From contig CAVSCK010000004.1 in the NCBI GenBank assembly GCA_963726455.1, positions 1,600,001 through 1,664,000 of the forward strand: 64,000 bases of DNA. Reading direction: 5' to 3'. The number at the start of each line of letters is the position of its first letter. Within the stretch, counting starts at the first letter, position 1. This document shows positions 49,196 to 59,904 of this stretch, piece after piece. The position numbers and the translations under genes are program-made. The stretch comes from an uncultured bacterium. GTDB taxonomy: Bacteria > Zixibacteria > MSB-5A5 > CAIYYT01. The notes beneath the pieces are model-generated. The model made no database searches. It was not told the DNA's origin and saw only the letters and a list, made by a program, of their open reading frames with translations.

Positions 49196-51436
49196 ATGGA
49201 CGAATTGACAGTCTGGCAGACGATCAAGTTAAATACGGAACAAGAAATCAACGGGTATCTCAAGCGCCAATTCGATTCCGGTCTCGTTGAGCAGCTGATA
49301 TACGAAAAGGCGATTTCGCCGGTCGGGGTATTCGCGAATCTATGCAGGTGGCTGGAGTCTCCCGACCTGACCCGCGTATCGCCAAATGCCAAGCGAGGAA
49401 TCTTTTCGGCGATTTTCGCCAACCGATGGGATGATCTAAATGAAGCGTTCTTCACCGAAGTCGAATTCGGCACCGGTGGAATTCGCGGGCGCGTGTCGAT
49501 TTCGGATTGGGAATTGGAAATGCTGCGCGACCAGGGAATTCAGGCGCCGTTCCTGCGCGGCCCGAATACGATCAATGACATCGTGCTGATGCAGAAATCG
49601 GCGGCGATCGCCAAGTTCGCCAACCAGCGCGGATTCAAGTCGCTGGTGATCGGCTATGACAGCCGCATACGCGGGCGCGATTTTGCCAAAATTGTCGCCG
49701 AGGTGTTCATCTACTACGGACTGAAGGTCTATCTGTTCGATGATGTCGTCCCCTATCCCGAAGTGACATTCGCAATTCCGACAATGCATGCCGATATGGG
49801 AATTCTGCTTTCGGCGAGCCACAATGACCGGCGCTATAACGGCTACAAGCTTTCGTGCGGCAACGGCTCACAGTTCTCGGTAAGCGAGCGGCGAGAGATA
49901 CTGGATGAATACATGGCAAAGACCGGATTCGACGAAATTCACCAGAAACCGCTGGAGGAAGTGCCGTCGGAGCAATTGGAATTCCTCGGCGGCAGCACGC
50001 GCTTGCCGAAGGTGAACTATTACAACTACACGGCCAAACCGTTCAACATGCATCAGAAGCATTTCCAGCAGATTAAGTCGTTCATCCTTGATCCCAAGCT
50101 GGTGGAGCGGCAGTCGAAGAAGATGCATCTGGCATTCTGCGCATACAATGGCGCCGGCCGCGATGCCGTGCCGCGATTGGTCAAGGCACTCAAGATTGAC
50201 AAGCTCGATATCATCTCGGTGATGCATCCGATTGACGGTATGTTTCCGGCGTTCGATGATCTTAAGAGTCCGAAGGGCAAGAAGGTATATCAGCAGCCCG
50301 ATCCGGGGGACAAGTTCGCGGCCAAAAAAGCGGTCACGGAGTATATCAAAGAATTCGGCGAGAAGGAGTTCGCCAAGGTCGATATGCTGATCGGCACTGA
50401 CCCGGATGCTGACCGAGTTGGAGTGGTCGTGCCGGTGCCGCGAAGTCATCGCGAGATATACGGCGCCGACCACACACTGCTGGATGCCGACACGGCCTGG
50501 TCGATTTTGCTTTGGTACCGGATGGAGAAGATGAAGGCGGCCAAGACGGATTTCGGCAAGTACTTCTTCGTGCAGTCACACACGACGACCGATGTCATGC
50601 CGCTTCTGTGCGACAAGTACGGCATCCCCTGGATCAAGACCTGGGTTGGATTTGCGCAGTTGGCGGCGGCGATCCAGCGAGTCTGGGAAAATCAGCCGAT
50701 CACCAAAGACATCTATTGGACAATTTACGACTTCAAGGGCCTTACTCCGAAAGCAACGATCAATCTGGCGGCGCTGGAACAGTCCAACGGGTTCAGCATT
50801 CTGGGCGGCAAACCGAAAGACGAAATGTCGATGGGAGCGCATGGCCATGTCCGCGATAAGGACGGTATCTTCGCCGCGATTCTGCTGGTGGAAGTGCTCG
50901 CTTATGCCAAATCGGTGAACAAGTCAATTCTGGAATTGGTCGACGAGAAGCTGTATCTCGATCCGGGGATCGGCCTGATTCGCACCGGCTATCGTCCGGC
51001 GCCGGTATATGGCCAATACGAAGGAATCGAAGGGCGCTCGACCAAGATGAAGGTGATTCACAAGGCCGAGGCGCTGATGGAACAGGTCAAGGCGGGCAAG
51101 ACGGTCAAGTTTGCCGATCTGAAAGCCAATCGGTTTGAGGTTTACAAGACCGGCAAGTACGATATTCAGCATGGCTACACCGAGGGGTACAAGCCGGACG
51201 ATCCGTCGACCTTCGGTTTCCCGGATGAAGGTATTCGGTTCTTCTTTGGCGACGATTTCAATCACCTGACCATCAGACCATCAGGGACCTCGCAGAGCTT
51301 GCGGTTCCATATCCAGTTGCGCGATGCCGATGTCAGGAAGAGCAATCTCAAAGCCAGACGGATCGCGATGGAAAAACGGATCACGGCGATGTTCGAGGAT
51401 GTCGGCAGGAAGCTCGACGTGGACTGGGACGAATAA
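49196..51436 (+). CDS. Alpha-D-phosphohexomutase (phosphoglucomutase/phosphomannomutase family)
   Basis: EFGTGGIRG, IGYDSR, SASHN...YNGYK (phospho-Ser), DPDADR (metal), EQSNG, RDKDG, RPSGT. Confidence 0.9.
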   Translation: MDELTVWQTIKLNTEQEINGYLKRQFDSGLVEQLIYEKAISPVGVFANLCRWLESPDLTRVSPNAKRGIFSAIFANRWDDLNEAFFTEVEFGTGGIRGRVSISDWELEMLRDQGIQAPFLRGPNTINDIVLMQKSAAIAKFANQRGFKSLVIGYDSRIRGRDFAKIVAEVFIYYGLKVYLFDDVVPYPEVTFAIPTMHADMGILLSASHNDRRYNGYKLSCGNGSQFSVSERREILDEYMAKTGFDEIHQKPLEEVPSEQLEFLGGSTRLPKVNYYNYTAKPFNMHQKHFQQIKSFILDPKLVERQSKKMHLAFCAYNGAGRDAVPRLVKALKIDKLDIISVMHPIDGMFPAFDDLKSPKGKKVYQQPDPGDKFAAKKAVTEYIKEFGEKEFAKVDMLIGTDPDADRVGVVVPVPRSHREIYGADHTLLDADTAWSILLWYRMEKMKAAKTDFGKYFFVQSHTTTDVMPLLCDKYGIPWIKTWVGFAQLAAAIQRVWENQPITKDIYWTIYDFKGLTPKATINLAALEQSNGFSILGGKPKDEMSMGAHGHVRDKDGIFAAILLVEVLAYAKSVNKSILELVDEKLYLDPGIGLIRTGYRPAPVYGQYEGIEGRSTKMKVIHKAEALMEQVKAGKTVKFADLKANRFEVYKTGKYDIQHGYTEGYKPDDPSTFGFPDEGIRFFFGDDFNHLTIRPSGTSQSLRFHIQLRDADVRKSNLKARRIAMEKRITAMFEDVGRKLDVDWDE

Positions 51437-51465
51437 TCCTTGCGCGTTGATGAGTTCGTGCGACG

Positions 51466-52368
51466 TCAATCAGTTGAGACATCCGGCAACTTGGTAAACG
51501 TCCAGGTCTGCATAGGCCTTTCCGGGAAAATTACCTGCCTGGCGATACGCGATTGCCATTCCGGATTGTTAGTCAGTCGCGAATCCTTCTCAATGTGGAT
51601 GAGAATGATGCGGTCGGGTTTGATTATATCCCGCACGAGTGTCTGACCGAATGTGAGACGTTCGTAAGAGTTCCAGCGCGGCACAAACGCCAGATCAATC
51701 GGGTGCTTGTCAAAACCGTATTTTTCGTAGCGAAGTCGGTTGTCGAGCGAGGCATCGCCTGAGTGATAGATGTTGTAGTCGCCCAGCGCGAAAATAAATT
51801 CGAGATGCTCAAGATCGCGATTGCCATCGATCTGTTCGCCGGTTACCGAATCGGTGACGCCAGAGGGCAAATGCGGTGTTCGGATCGCCTTCATCCATAT
51901 TCCTGAATGTGTAAATTCGACTGCCGAGTCGCTGGGAATTGAGACGGCCCTGACGCGACTCTTAATCTCGCTATAGTGTTCTTCCTTCGCCAGCATTTTG
52001 TCTGCCTGACCCGTGCAAACCACAATGGCCTTCGAGTTATGAAGTAGATGCTCGACCGCAAACCGTGGATTGAAGTGATCGGGGTGATTGTGCGTATAGG
52101 CAATAATCTGGACGTCATCAAATGGCGGTTTGGCATTGGTCATGAGCTCCCGCACGCTGTCAGACGCAACATAGCACCAATCACTCTTGAAACCGCCGAA
52201 CGGTGCATCGATGAGAATCTTGCTTCCGCCGCTTTGCACCATGAAACCGGCATTGGCAATATTGGTGACGACAAGTTCCTTGTCTCGATTGCTGCCGCTG
52301 CATGCGACGATGACTAGCAACGTGATAAGCCGGATTATCCTTCTGATACGCACGAAACAGAGTCGCAT
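51466..52368 (-). CDS. MBL-fold metallo-hydrolase, probable lipoprotein
   Basis: VIVAC lipobox-like, ILIDA, THNHPDH, YHSGD, ILIH. Confidence 0.8.
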   Translation of the reverse strand: MRLCFVRIRRIIRLITLLVIVACSGSNRDKELVVTNIANAGFMVQSGGSKILIDAPFGGFKSDWCYVASDSVRELMTNAKPPFDDVQIIAYTHNHPDHFNPRFAVEHLLHNSKAIVVCTGQADKMLAKEEHYSEIKSRVRAVSIPSDSAVEFTHSGIWMKAIRTPHLPSGVTDSVTGEQIDGNRDLEHLEFIFALGDYNIYHSGDASLDNRLRYEKYGFDKHPIDLAFVPRWNSYERLTFGQTLVRDIIKPDRIILIHIEKDSRLTNNPEWQSRIARQVIFPERPMQTWTFTKLPDVSTD

Positions 52369-52680
52369 ACCTCTCACTTTCGTCAAAATGTAGGGCCTTC
52401 GATCATCGCCGGAAAAGGCGACGCTACAAAGTAGCTTTTTCTTGAGCGAAAGTCAGGGAATTTCTGACAAATGTGATGATGGCCACTCAAGGTAACGTAT
52501 TACCCCACAAAGAGTTAAATCAGTTTAAAATCCGCACACTAGCCGTCCTGCAGCTTTGTCGATAACCTGTGGGAGGGGCACACGGGGTAACAGGATAAGT
52601 AACAGAACATAGCTAATGATTTTTTCGCGATCGGCGCGCGCCTCGGGTACAAGGTACGCGTTGGGGAGGAGTATTTCGTC

Positions 52681-55600
52681 ATGAAAAAGGGCAAAAAGGT
52701 CTTCAGCGTATGCGCTGTTGTGATCTGCGTCTTTGTTTTCGAGATGGTCAACGCAGCGACGGCAATGGGGCTAACTATTTCCGGCAATGTAGGTATCGGC
52801 GGCGCGACACTCAGCTTCGGAACTGACTCAGTTGCGACGGCAGACGGGGTAGGTGACTACATATTCGATGTTCCCTCTGATTGGGTCGGTGTTGTAAAGC
52901 CAAGCTTGGCGGGATACACTTTCTCTCCGGACAGTATGGTCTACACGAACATTCTGGTCGATCAAAGTGCTCAGAATTATTTGCTCCTGTCTGTGACCAT
53001 TTCGGGTAACGCAGGTGTGGCAGGCGCCACGATAAGTTACGGTGCTGACTCGACAACGACTGCTGACGGCAGCGGCAATTACTCGCTGGTAGTGCCCTAT
53101 GATTGGACAGGAACGATCACACCTAGCTTGGCAGGATACACGTTCAATCCGACGCATCTCGATTTCGCTAATGTCGTGGCAAGTCAGTCAGGACAGAACT
53201 TTGCGCTGGCATCGGTAACGATCTCGGGCAGTGCCGGCATAGCTGCTGCCACACTCACATTCGGCACGGACTCAACAACGACCGCTGACGGCAGTGGCAA
53301 CTATTCGCTACTCGTCCCCTACGACTGGACAGGGACAATTACGCCGAGCTTAGCCGGATATACGTTTAATCCGACGCATCTTGATCTTGCGAATGTGGTT
53401 GCCAGCCAATCGGGACAGAACTTTGCGCTGGCATCGGTAACGATCTCGGGTAGCGCTGGGATAGCGGGTGCGACACTGACGTTTGGCACGGACTCGACAA
53501 CGACGGCGGACGGCAGCGGCAACTATTCGCTACTCGTCCCCTACGACTGGACAGGGACAATTACGCCGAGCTTAGCCGGATATACGTTCAATCCGACACA
53601 TCTCGATTACGCCAATGTCGTGGCAAGTCAATCAGGACAGAACTTCGCGCTGGCATCGGTGACGATCTCGGGTAGTGCCGGCATCGCGGGTGCGACACTA
53701 ACGTTCGGCACGGATTCAATGACTACGGCTGACGGGAGTGGCAACTATTCCCTGCTTGTCCCCTACGACTGGACAGGAACGATCACGCCGAGCTTGGCAG
53801 GGTATACTTTCAATCCGACACACCGCGACTTTGCGAATATAGTAGCGAGTCAATCGGGACAGAACTTTGCGCTGGCATCCGTGACCATATCTGGCAGTGC
53901 TGGAATAGCCGGTGCGACATTGACATTCGGCACGGACTCGACAACGACTGCCGACGGCAGTGGCAATTATTCGCTACTTGTCCCCTACGACTGGACAGGA
54001 ACGATCACGCCGAGCTTAGCCGGATATACGTTTCAATCCGACACATCGTGACTTTGCGAATGTGGTTGCCAGCCAATCGGGACAGAACTTTGCGCTGGCA
54101 TCGGTAACGATCTCGGGTAGCGCGGGAATCGCGGGCGCAACACTGACGTTTGGTACTGATTCTACAACGACCGCGGACGGCAGTGGTAATTACACGCTGG
54201 TGGTGCCATACGATTGGACAGGGACGATCACTCCGAGTCTGGCCGGATATACGTTCAATCCGACACATCTCGACTTTGCGAATGTGGTGGCCAGCCAATC
54301 GGGACAGAACTTTGCGCTGGCATCGGTAACGATCTCGGGTAGCGCTGGTATAGCGGGTGCGACACTGACGTTTGGCACGGACTCGACAACGACGGCGGAC
54401 GGCAGCGGCAATTATTCGCTACTCGTCCCCTACGACTGGACAGGGACAATTACGCCGAGTTTGGCTGGATACACGTTCAATCCGACCCATCTTGACTTTG
54501 CGAATGTCGTGGCAAGTCAGTCGGGACAGAATTTTGCGCTGGCATCGGTAACGATCTCGGGTAGTGCCGGTATCGCGGGTGCGACACTGACGTTTGGAAC
54601 AGACTCCACGACGACCGCTGACGGCAGTGGCAACTATTCGCTGACTCGTCCCCTACGACTGGACAGGAACAATCACGCCGAGCTTAGCCGGATATACGTT
54701 TAATCCGACGCATCTTGATCTTGCGAATGTGGTTGCCAGCCAATCGGGACAGAACTTTGCGCTGGCATCGGTAACGATCTCGGGTAGCGCGGGAATCGCG
54801 GGCGCAACACTGACGTTTGGTACTGATTCTACAACGACCGCGGACGGCAGTGGTAATTACACGCTGGTGGTGCCATACGATTGGACAGGGATGATCACTC
54901 CGAGTCTGGCCGGGTATACGTTTCAATCCGACGCATCTCGATCTACGCCAATGTCGTGGCAAGTCAATCAGGAGAGAACTTCGCGCTGGCATCGGTAACG
55001 ATCTCGGGTAGTGCCGGTATCGCGGGTGCGACACTGACGTTTGGAACAGACTCGACGACGACCGCTGATGGCAGTGGCAATTACTCGCTGCTTGTCCCCT
55101 ACGACTGGACAGGGACAATTGCGCCGAGTTTGGCTGGATACACGTTCAATCCGACCCATCTTGACTTTGCGAATGTGGTGGCAAGTCAGTCGGGACAGAA
55201 TTTTGCCTTGGCATCAGTAACGATCTCGGGTAGTGCGGGAATCGCGGGTGCGACACTGACGTTTGGAACAGACTCCACAACGACCGCTGATGGCAGTGGC
55301 AATTACTCGCTGCTTGTCCCCTACGACTGGACGGGTACAATTACACCGAGTTTGGCTGGATACACGTTCGATCCGACCCATCTTGACTTTGCGAATGTGG
55401 TGGCAAGTCAGTCGGGACAGAATTTTGCGCTTGGCATCAGTAACGATCTCGGGTAGCGCGGGAATCGCGGGTGCGACACTGACGTTTGGAACAGACTCCA
55501 CAACGACCGCTGATGGCAGTGGCAATTACTCGCTGCTTGTCCCCTACGACTGGACGGGTACGATTACACCGAGTCTGGCCGGATATACGTTCAATCCGAC

Positions 55601-58242
55601 ACATCTCGATTTTGCGAATGTGGTGGCAAGTCAATCAGGACAGAACTTTGCGCTGGCATCGGTAACGATCTCGGGTAGTGCCGGTATCGCGGGTGCGACA
55701 CTGACGTTTGGAACAGACTCCACGACGACCGCTGATGGCAGTGGCAATTACTCGCTGGTCGTGCCGTACGATTGGACGGGTAGCGGTTACGCCGAGCAAG
55801 ACAGGATATACTTTCACCGCAACGCACCTGGACTTCACTAATGTAGCGGCGAGCCAGTTGGGGCAGAACTTCCTGGCATCTCTGATCATCTATACGATTT
55901 CCGGCAACGCAGGAACGACCGGTGTGACGATCAGCTACGGAACCGATTCCTCGACCGTGGTTGACGGGATCGGCGATTACACATTCAATGTGCCGTACGA
56001 CTGGACCGGTACAGCAACTCCGAGCAAGACGGGATATACATTCTCGCCGACACATATCGATTACGCGAACGTCCTGGCAAATCAGACAAGCCAGAACTAT
56101 GCAGTTGTGTCGCTGACAATTTCCGGCAACGCGGGCGTGGCGGGCGCGACAATGACGTTCGGAACGGATTCGACGGCAACCGCCGACGGTAGCGGCAATC
56201 ACTCGCTGGTAGTGCCTTATGATTGGACGGGTACGGTCACGCCAAGCATGACGGGGTACACGTTCAATCCGACGCACCTGGATTTCGCGAATGTCGTGGC
56301 AAGCCAGACAGGACAGAATTTCGCGCTGGCTTCTGTAACGATCTCGGGTAATGCCGGAGTTGCAGGCGCGACATTGACCTTCGGAACGGATTCCACAGCT
56401 ATTGCCGATGGCAGCGGCGATTACTCGCTGGTCGTGCCGTACGATTGGACGGGAGCGGTCACGCCGAGTTTGGATGGATACACTTTCAGCCCGACTCACC
56501 GCGATTACGCCAATGTAGTACTCAATCAACTCGCCCAGAATTATGGGCTCGGCAACCTGACTATTTCCGGTAATGCAGGTATCGCCGGCGCCACACTGAC
56601 ATTCGGCACCGATTCAACAACAATATCCGATGGCAGCGGCAATTACTCATTAATCGTGCCGTACGACTGGACGGGGACGATAACGCCGAGTCTGACCGGG
56701 TATACATTCAATCCGACGCATCTCGACTTCACAAATGTTGTGTTGGCACAGTCAGGACAGAACTTTGCGCTGGCTACAGTAACGATCTCCGGAAGCGCAG
56801 GAATTGCCGCGGCAACGATAGCTTTCGGAACCGATTCGACAGTGATTGCCGACGGCAGCGGCAATTACTCGCTGGTAGTGCCGTACGATTGGACGGGAAC
56901 GATTACCCCGAGTTTGACGGGGTACACATTCAATCCCACCCATTTGGATTTTGCGAATGTGGTGTTTAGCCAGACGGGCCAGGACTTTGTGATTGCATCA
57001 CTTACTATTTCTGGCAATGCCGGAGCGCCTGACGTGACGCTGACGTTTGGAACCGATTCAACAACAACCTCCGACGGCAGCGGCGACTATTCGGCCGTGG
57101 TTCCGTACGATTGGACGGGCACGATTACGCCGAGCAAGACCGGGTACACATTCAATCCGACACATCTTGATTTTGCGAACGTAGTGTTGAATCAGATGGG
57201 ACAGGACTTTGGACTGGCGTCATTGACAATCTCCGGCAGTGCCGGGGTCGCGGGAGCAGCGCTGGCATACGGAACGGACTCGACCACAACGGCGGACGGC
57301 AGCGGCAATTACTCGCTGGCAGTGCCGTACGGCTGGACGGGGACGGTAACGCCTGGCAAGACGGGGTTTACTTTCACGCCGACGCAGCGCGCGTACACCA
57401 ACGTGCAGGTCAGTCAGAACAATGTCGACTCGAACTTCGTAGCGACCGCGATTACGTATACAATTTCCGGCAGCGCGGGCGTTGCCGGTGCCACGCTGAG
57501 TTACGATGATGGAGGTCCCTTGACTGCAACCAGCCAGGCGGACAGTACCTATTCGTTTACCGTCAGTTACAACTGGTCGGGAACGGTCACTCCGACCAAG
57601 ACTGGGTACACATTTGCGCCGGCCAGTCGAACATACGCGAACGTATTGTCCGACCAGACCGCACCCGACTCGGATTATGTTGCAACTCCGATCACCTATA
57701 CGATCTCGGGCCACGCTGGGTTGCCGGACGTAGTATTAAGCTGGACGGACGGCACGGCTAAGGCGGATACGGTCGGCACTGACAGTTTGTATTCATTCAC
57801 GGTTTGTTACAATTGGTCGGGAATCGTCACGCCATCGCTGGATGGGTTCACGTTCACTCCGGATAGCCGCGCGTACACAAATGTGCTGGCTCATCAGACC
57901 GGTCAGGATTATAGTCCGTCACTGGTTCTTGATGTTGAGCGCGATTTGAGCGCTGGCATTCCCAAGGAATATCAATTGCTGCAAAACTATCCCAATCCGT
58001 TCAATCCGAGCACGGCAATTCGATTTGATGTGCCGAAGACAAGCTCGGTCAATCTGAAGATCTACAACGTGATCGGGCAGGAAGTGGCTACGCTCTTGTC
58101 GCGGGAGCTTCCGGCCGGCGCGTTTAAGGTTTACTGGAATGGCACGGACAAAACAGGCAAAGACGTTTCGAGCGGAGTATACTTCTATCGCATAACGGCG
58201 GGAGACTTTGTTGACACTAGAAAGATGATTCTGATGAAGTAA
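52681..58242 (+). CDS. Large secreted protein: signal peptide, ~23 tandem ~74-aa beta-rich repeats, C-terminal FlgD-Ig/T9SS-like sorting domain; several frameshifts in 54030-55790
   Basis: Repeat TISGSAGIAGATLTFGTDSTTTADGSGNYSLLVPYDWTGTITPSLAGYTFNPTHLDFANVVASQSGQNFALASV continues through all frame fragments; ends LLQNYPNPFNPST...SGVYFYRI...RKMILMK. Confidence 0.85.
52771..57918 (+). repeat. Coding tandem array of ~23 units of about 222 bp
   Basis: Unit starts recur about every 222 bp (e.g. 54103, 54325, 54547; 56113, 56335, 56557, 56779, 57001, 57223). Confidence 0.9.
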
Positions 58243-58319
58243 TCTTTCGACGAATGTGGGCACCTCGCGATTCTTCGTACGGTGTGTCCCAGTGAATCTT
58301 CCGTAACGCCTGAAACAAG

Positions 58320-58352
58320 AGAAGCCCTCACGACAGTGAGGGCTTCTTTCAT
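58320..58352. terminator. Probable bidirectional terminator between convergent genes
   Basis: AGAAGCCCTCAC-gaca-GTGAGGGCTTCT. Confidence 0.7.
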
Positions 58353-58371
58353 TCAGCAATTTCCAATCAGT

Positions 58372-59880
58372 CTATTTTATCTGCAGCGTCATCGGATCGC
58401 GCAATGGAATATTGGTGATCGGGCCGAAGTCGGTCACCTTCTCCGTGTGTTTGTCTGATCCCTGCAAAATCGCGTCGGGGTCGCCGATGATGAGAAACAC
58501 CAATTGATCGGGATGCAGATATTTCTGCGCCACAGCCAACACATCATCGGGCGTCACGGCGGCCATGTTCTTCGTGTAGTTCTGCCAGTAATCATCAGGG
58601 CGATGAGTGTAGTCGTCATCCGCAAAGGTATTGACGATGCTGTTCTTGCTGGAGAAAGGATTAACGACGTCGCTGATAAAACTCGCCTTGGTATTGTTGA
58701 CGATTTGCGTGTCGCACTTTTCGGAGCGGATGCGATTGATTTCACCGATAATCAAGCTGGTTCCGAAAGCAACCGTTGCATGTTTGGTCTGGAACCAGGC
58801 CTGGAAGGTGCCGGGGTACAACACGGGACGATCAAAGCTGCTGCCGGCGTTGTAGGCCAAGCCCTCGTCGGAGCGAACGCGACGGACGATGCGCGAATTG
58901 AAACCGCCGCCGCCAAGAATGTCATTCATAACCAACAGCGCGTACTGATCGGGAATGTCACGCTTGACGCCGAGATGTCCGACGCGAATTCGTGACTGGT
59001 TGACATCCTCTTTCTTGATCATATAAACGCCCGGTTTGGGCTGAGCAATTTGATCGGGAATGGTCGGCAGTTCCAGTTGCTGATTCGGCCAGTCAGCGAA
59101 GAGCTTGTCCAGCTTGGCCAGAATGTCGGCGGTTTTGAAATCGCCGGAAATGGCCAAAGTAAAATTCTTCGGGAAGAAGTACTTGTTATGGAACGCGATC
59201 ATATCCTCGCGGGAAATCGAATTTATCGATTGTTCGGTACGGCGCAGAGGCATCGTGCAGGGGTTATCGCCATACATGAGAAACGCCCACTCGCGTGATT
59301 CAATGGCGGCATTGTTGGCATTGCGCTGCTTCATTTCCGAGATCACGTCACCGCGATAACGGTTGAGAGCTGAGGTATCGAACTGAGGTGACTGCAAGAC
59401 TTTCTTCATCAGACCCAGACCTTCGTCGATGTCTTTGGAGAGGCAAAAGAGACTGGCTCTCCCCTGCGAGCCAGCGATGTTAACCGAGACCTCGCCTGCC
59501 AGAAACGCAAGCCGCTCATCAAGCTGCTTGGCGGTCATGCCCTGAATACCACCGTTTCGCATCAGGTAACCGGTGAAGTCAGCCAGCCCGGCTTTTTCGA
59601 CCGGTTCATAGATCGAGCCGGTGCGAACCAGAATCGTCATGTCGAAAGTCGGTACGGTTGAATTCTCGACCACGTAGGCGGTGGCGCCGCACTTGAGAGT
59701 GTGTCGGTAACCGTCCGGTTTGGGTGGCTGATATTTGAGCTCGGGGTACTTAAGTAAATCGGGGTGAGATACGATGTCGGCGGCGAGCAGCGCCGGGCTA
59801 ATCGCGAACGACAGAACAAATGCGCATATCAGCGCAGTTGCGAGTCTCCGCTCGAGCAGCAGTGTATATTTGTTAATCAT
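58372..59880 (-). CDS. M16 peptidase family, non-catalytic subunit
   Basis: GSIYEP.EKAGLA without HxxEH; ILGGGGFNSRI...VRSDEGLAY. Confidence 0.85.
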   Translation of the reverse strand: MINKYTLLLERRLATALICAFVLSFAISPALLAADIVSHPDLLKYPELKYQPPKPDGYRHTLKCGATAYVVENSTVPTFDMTILVRTGSIYEPVEKAGLADFTGYLMRNGGIQGMTAKQLDERLAFLAGEVSVNIAGSQGRASLFCLSKDIDEGLGLMKKVLQSPQFDTSALNRYRGDVISEMKQRNANNAAIESREWAFLMYGDNPCTMPLRRTEQSINSISREDMIAFHNKYFFPKNFTLAISGDFKTADILAKLDKLFADWPNQQLELPTIPDQIAQPKPGVYMIKKEDVNQSRIRVGHLGVKRDIPDQYALLVMNDILGGGGFNSRIVRRVRSDEGLAYNAGSSFDRPVLYPGTFQAWFQTKHATVAFGTSLIIGEINRIRSEKCDTQIVNNTKASFISDVVNPFSSKNSIVNTFADDDYTHRPDDYWQNYTKNMAAVTPDDVLAVAQKYLHPDQLVFLIIGDPDAILQGSDKHTEKVTDFGPITNIPLRDPMTLQIK

Positions 59881-59904
59881 TCATATTCTCCTTCAATGCA
59901 AACC

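Noticed and set aside
52771-57918. CRISPR array or DGR-like repeats in the 222-bp tandem array
   Set aside because: Units are contiguous coding repeats without unique spacers; variation is mostly synonymous and not adenine-specific; no cas or reverse transcriptase gene in the window
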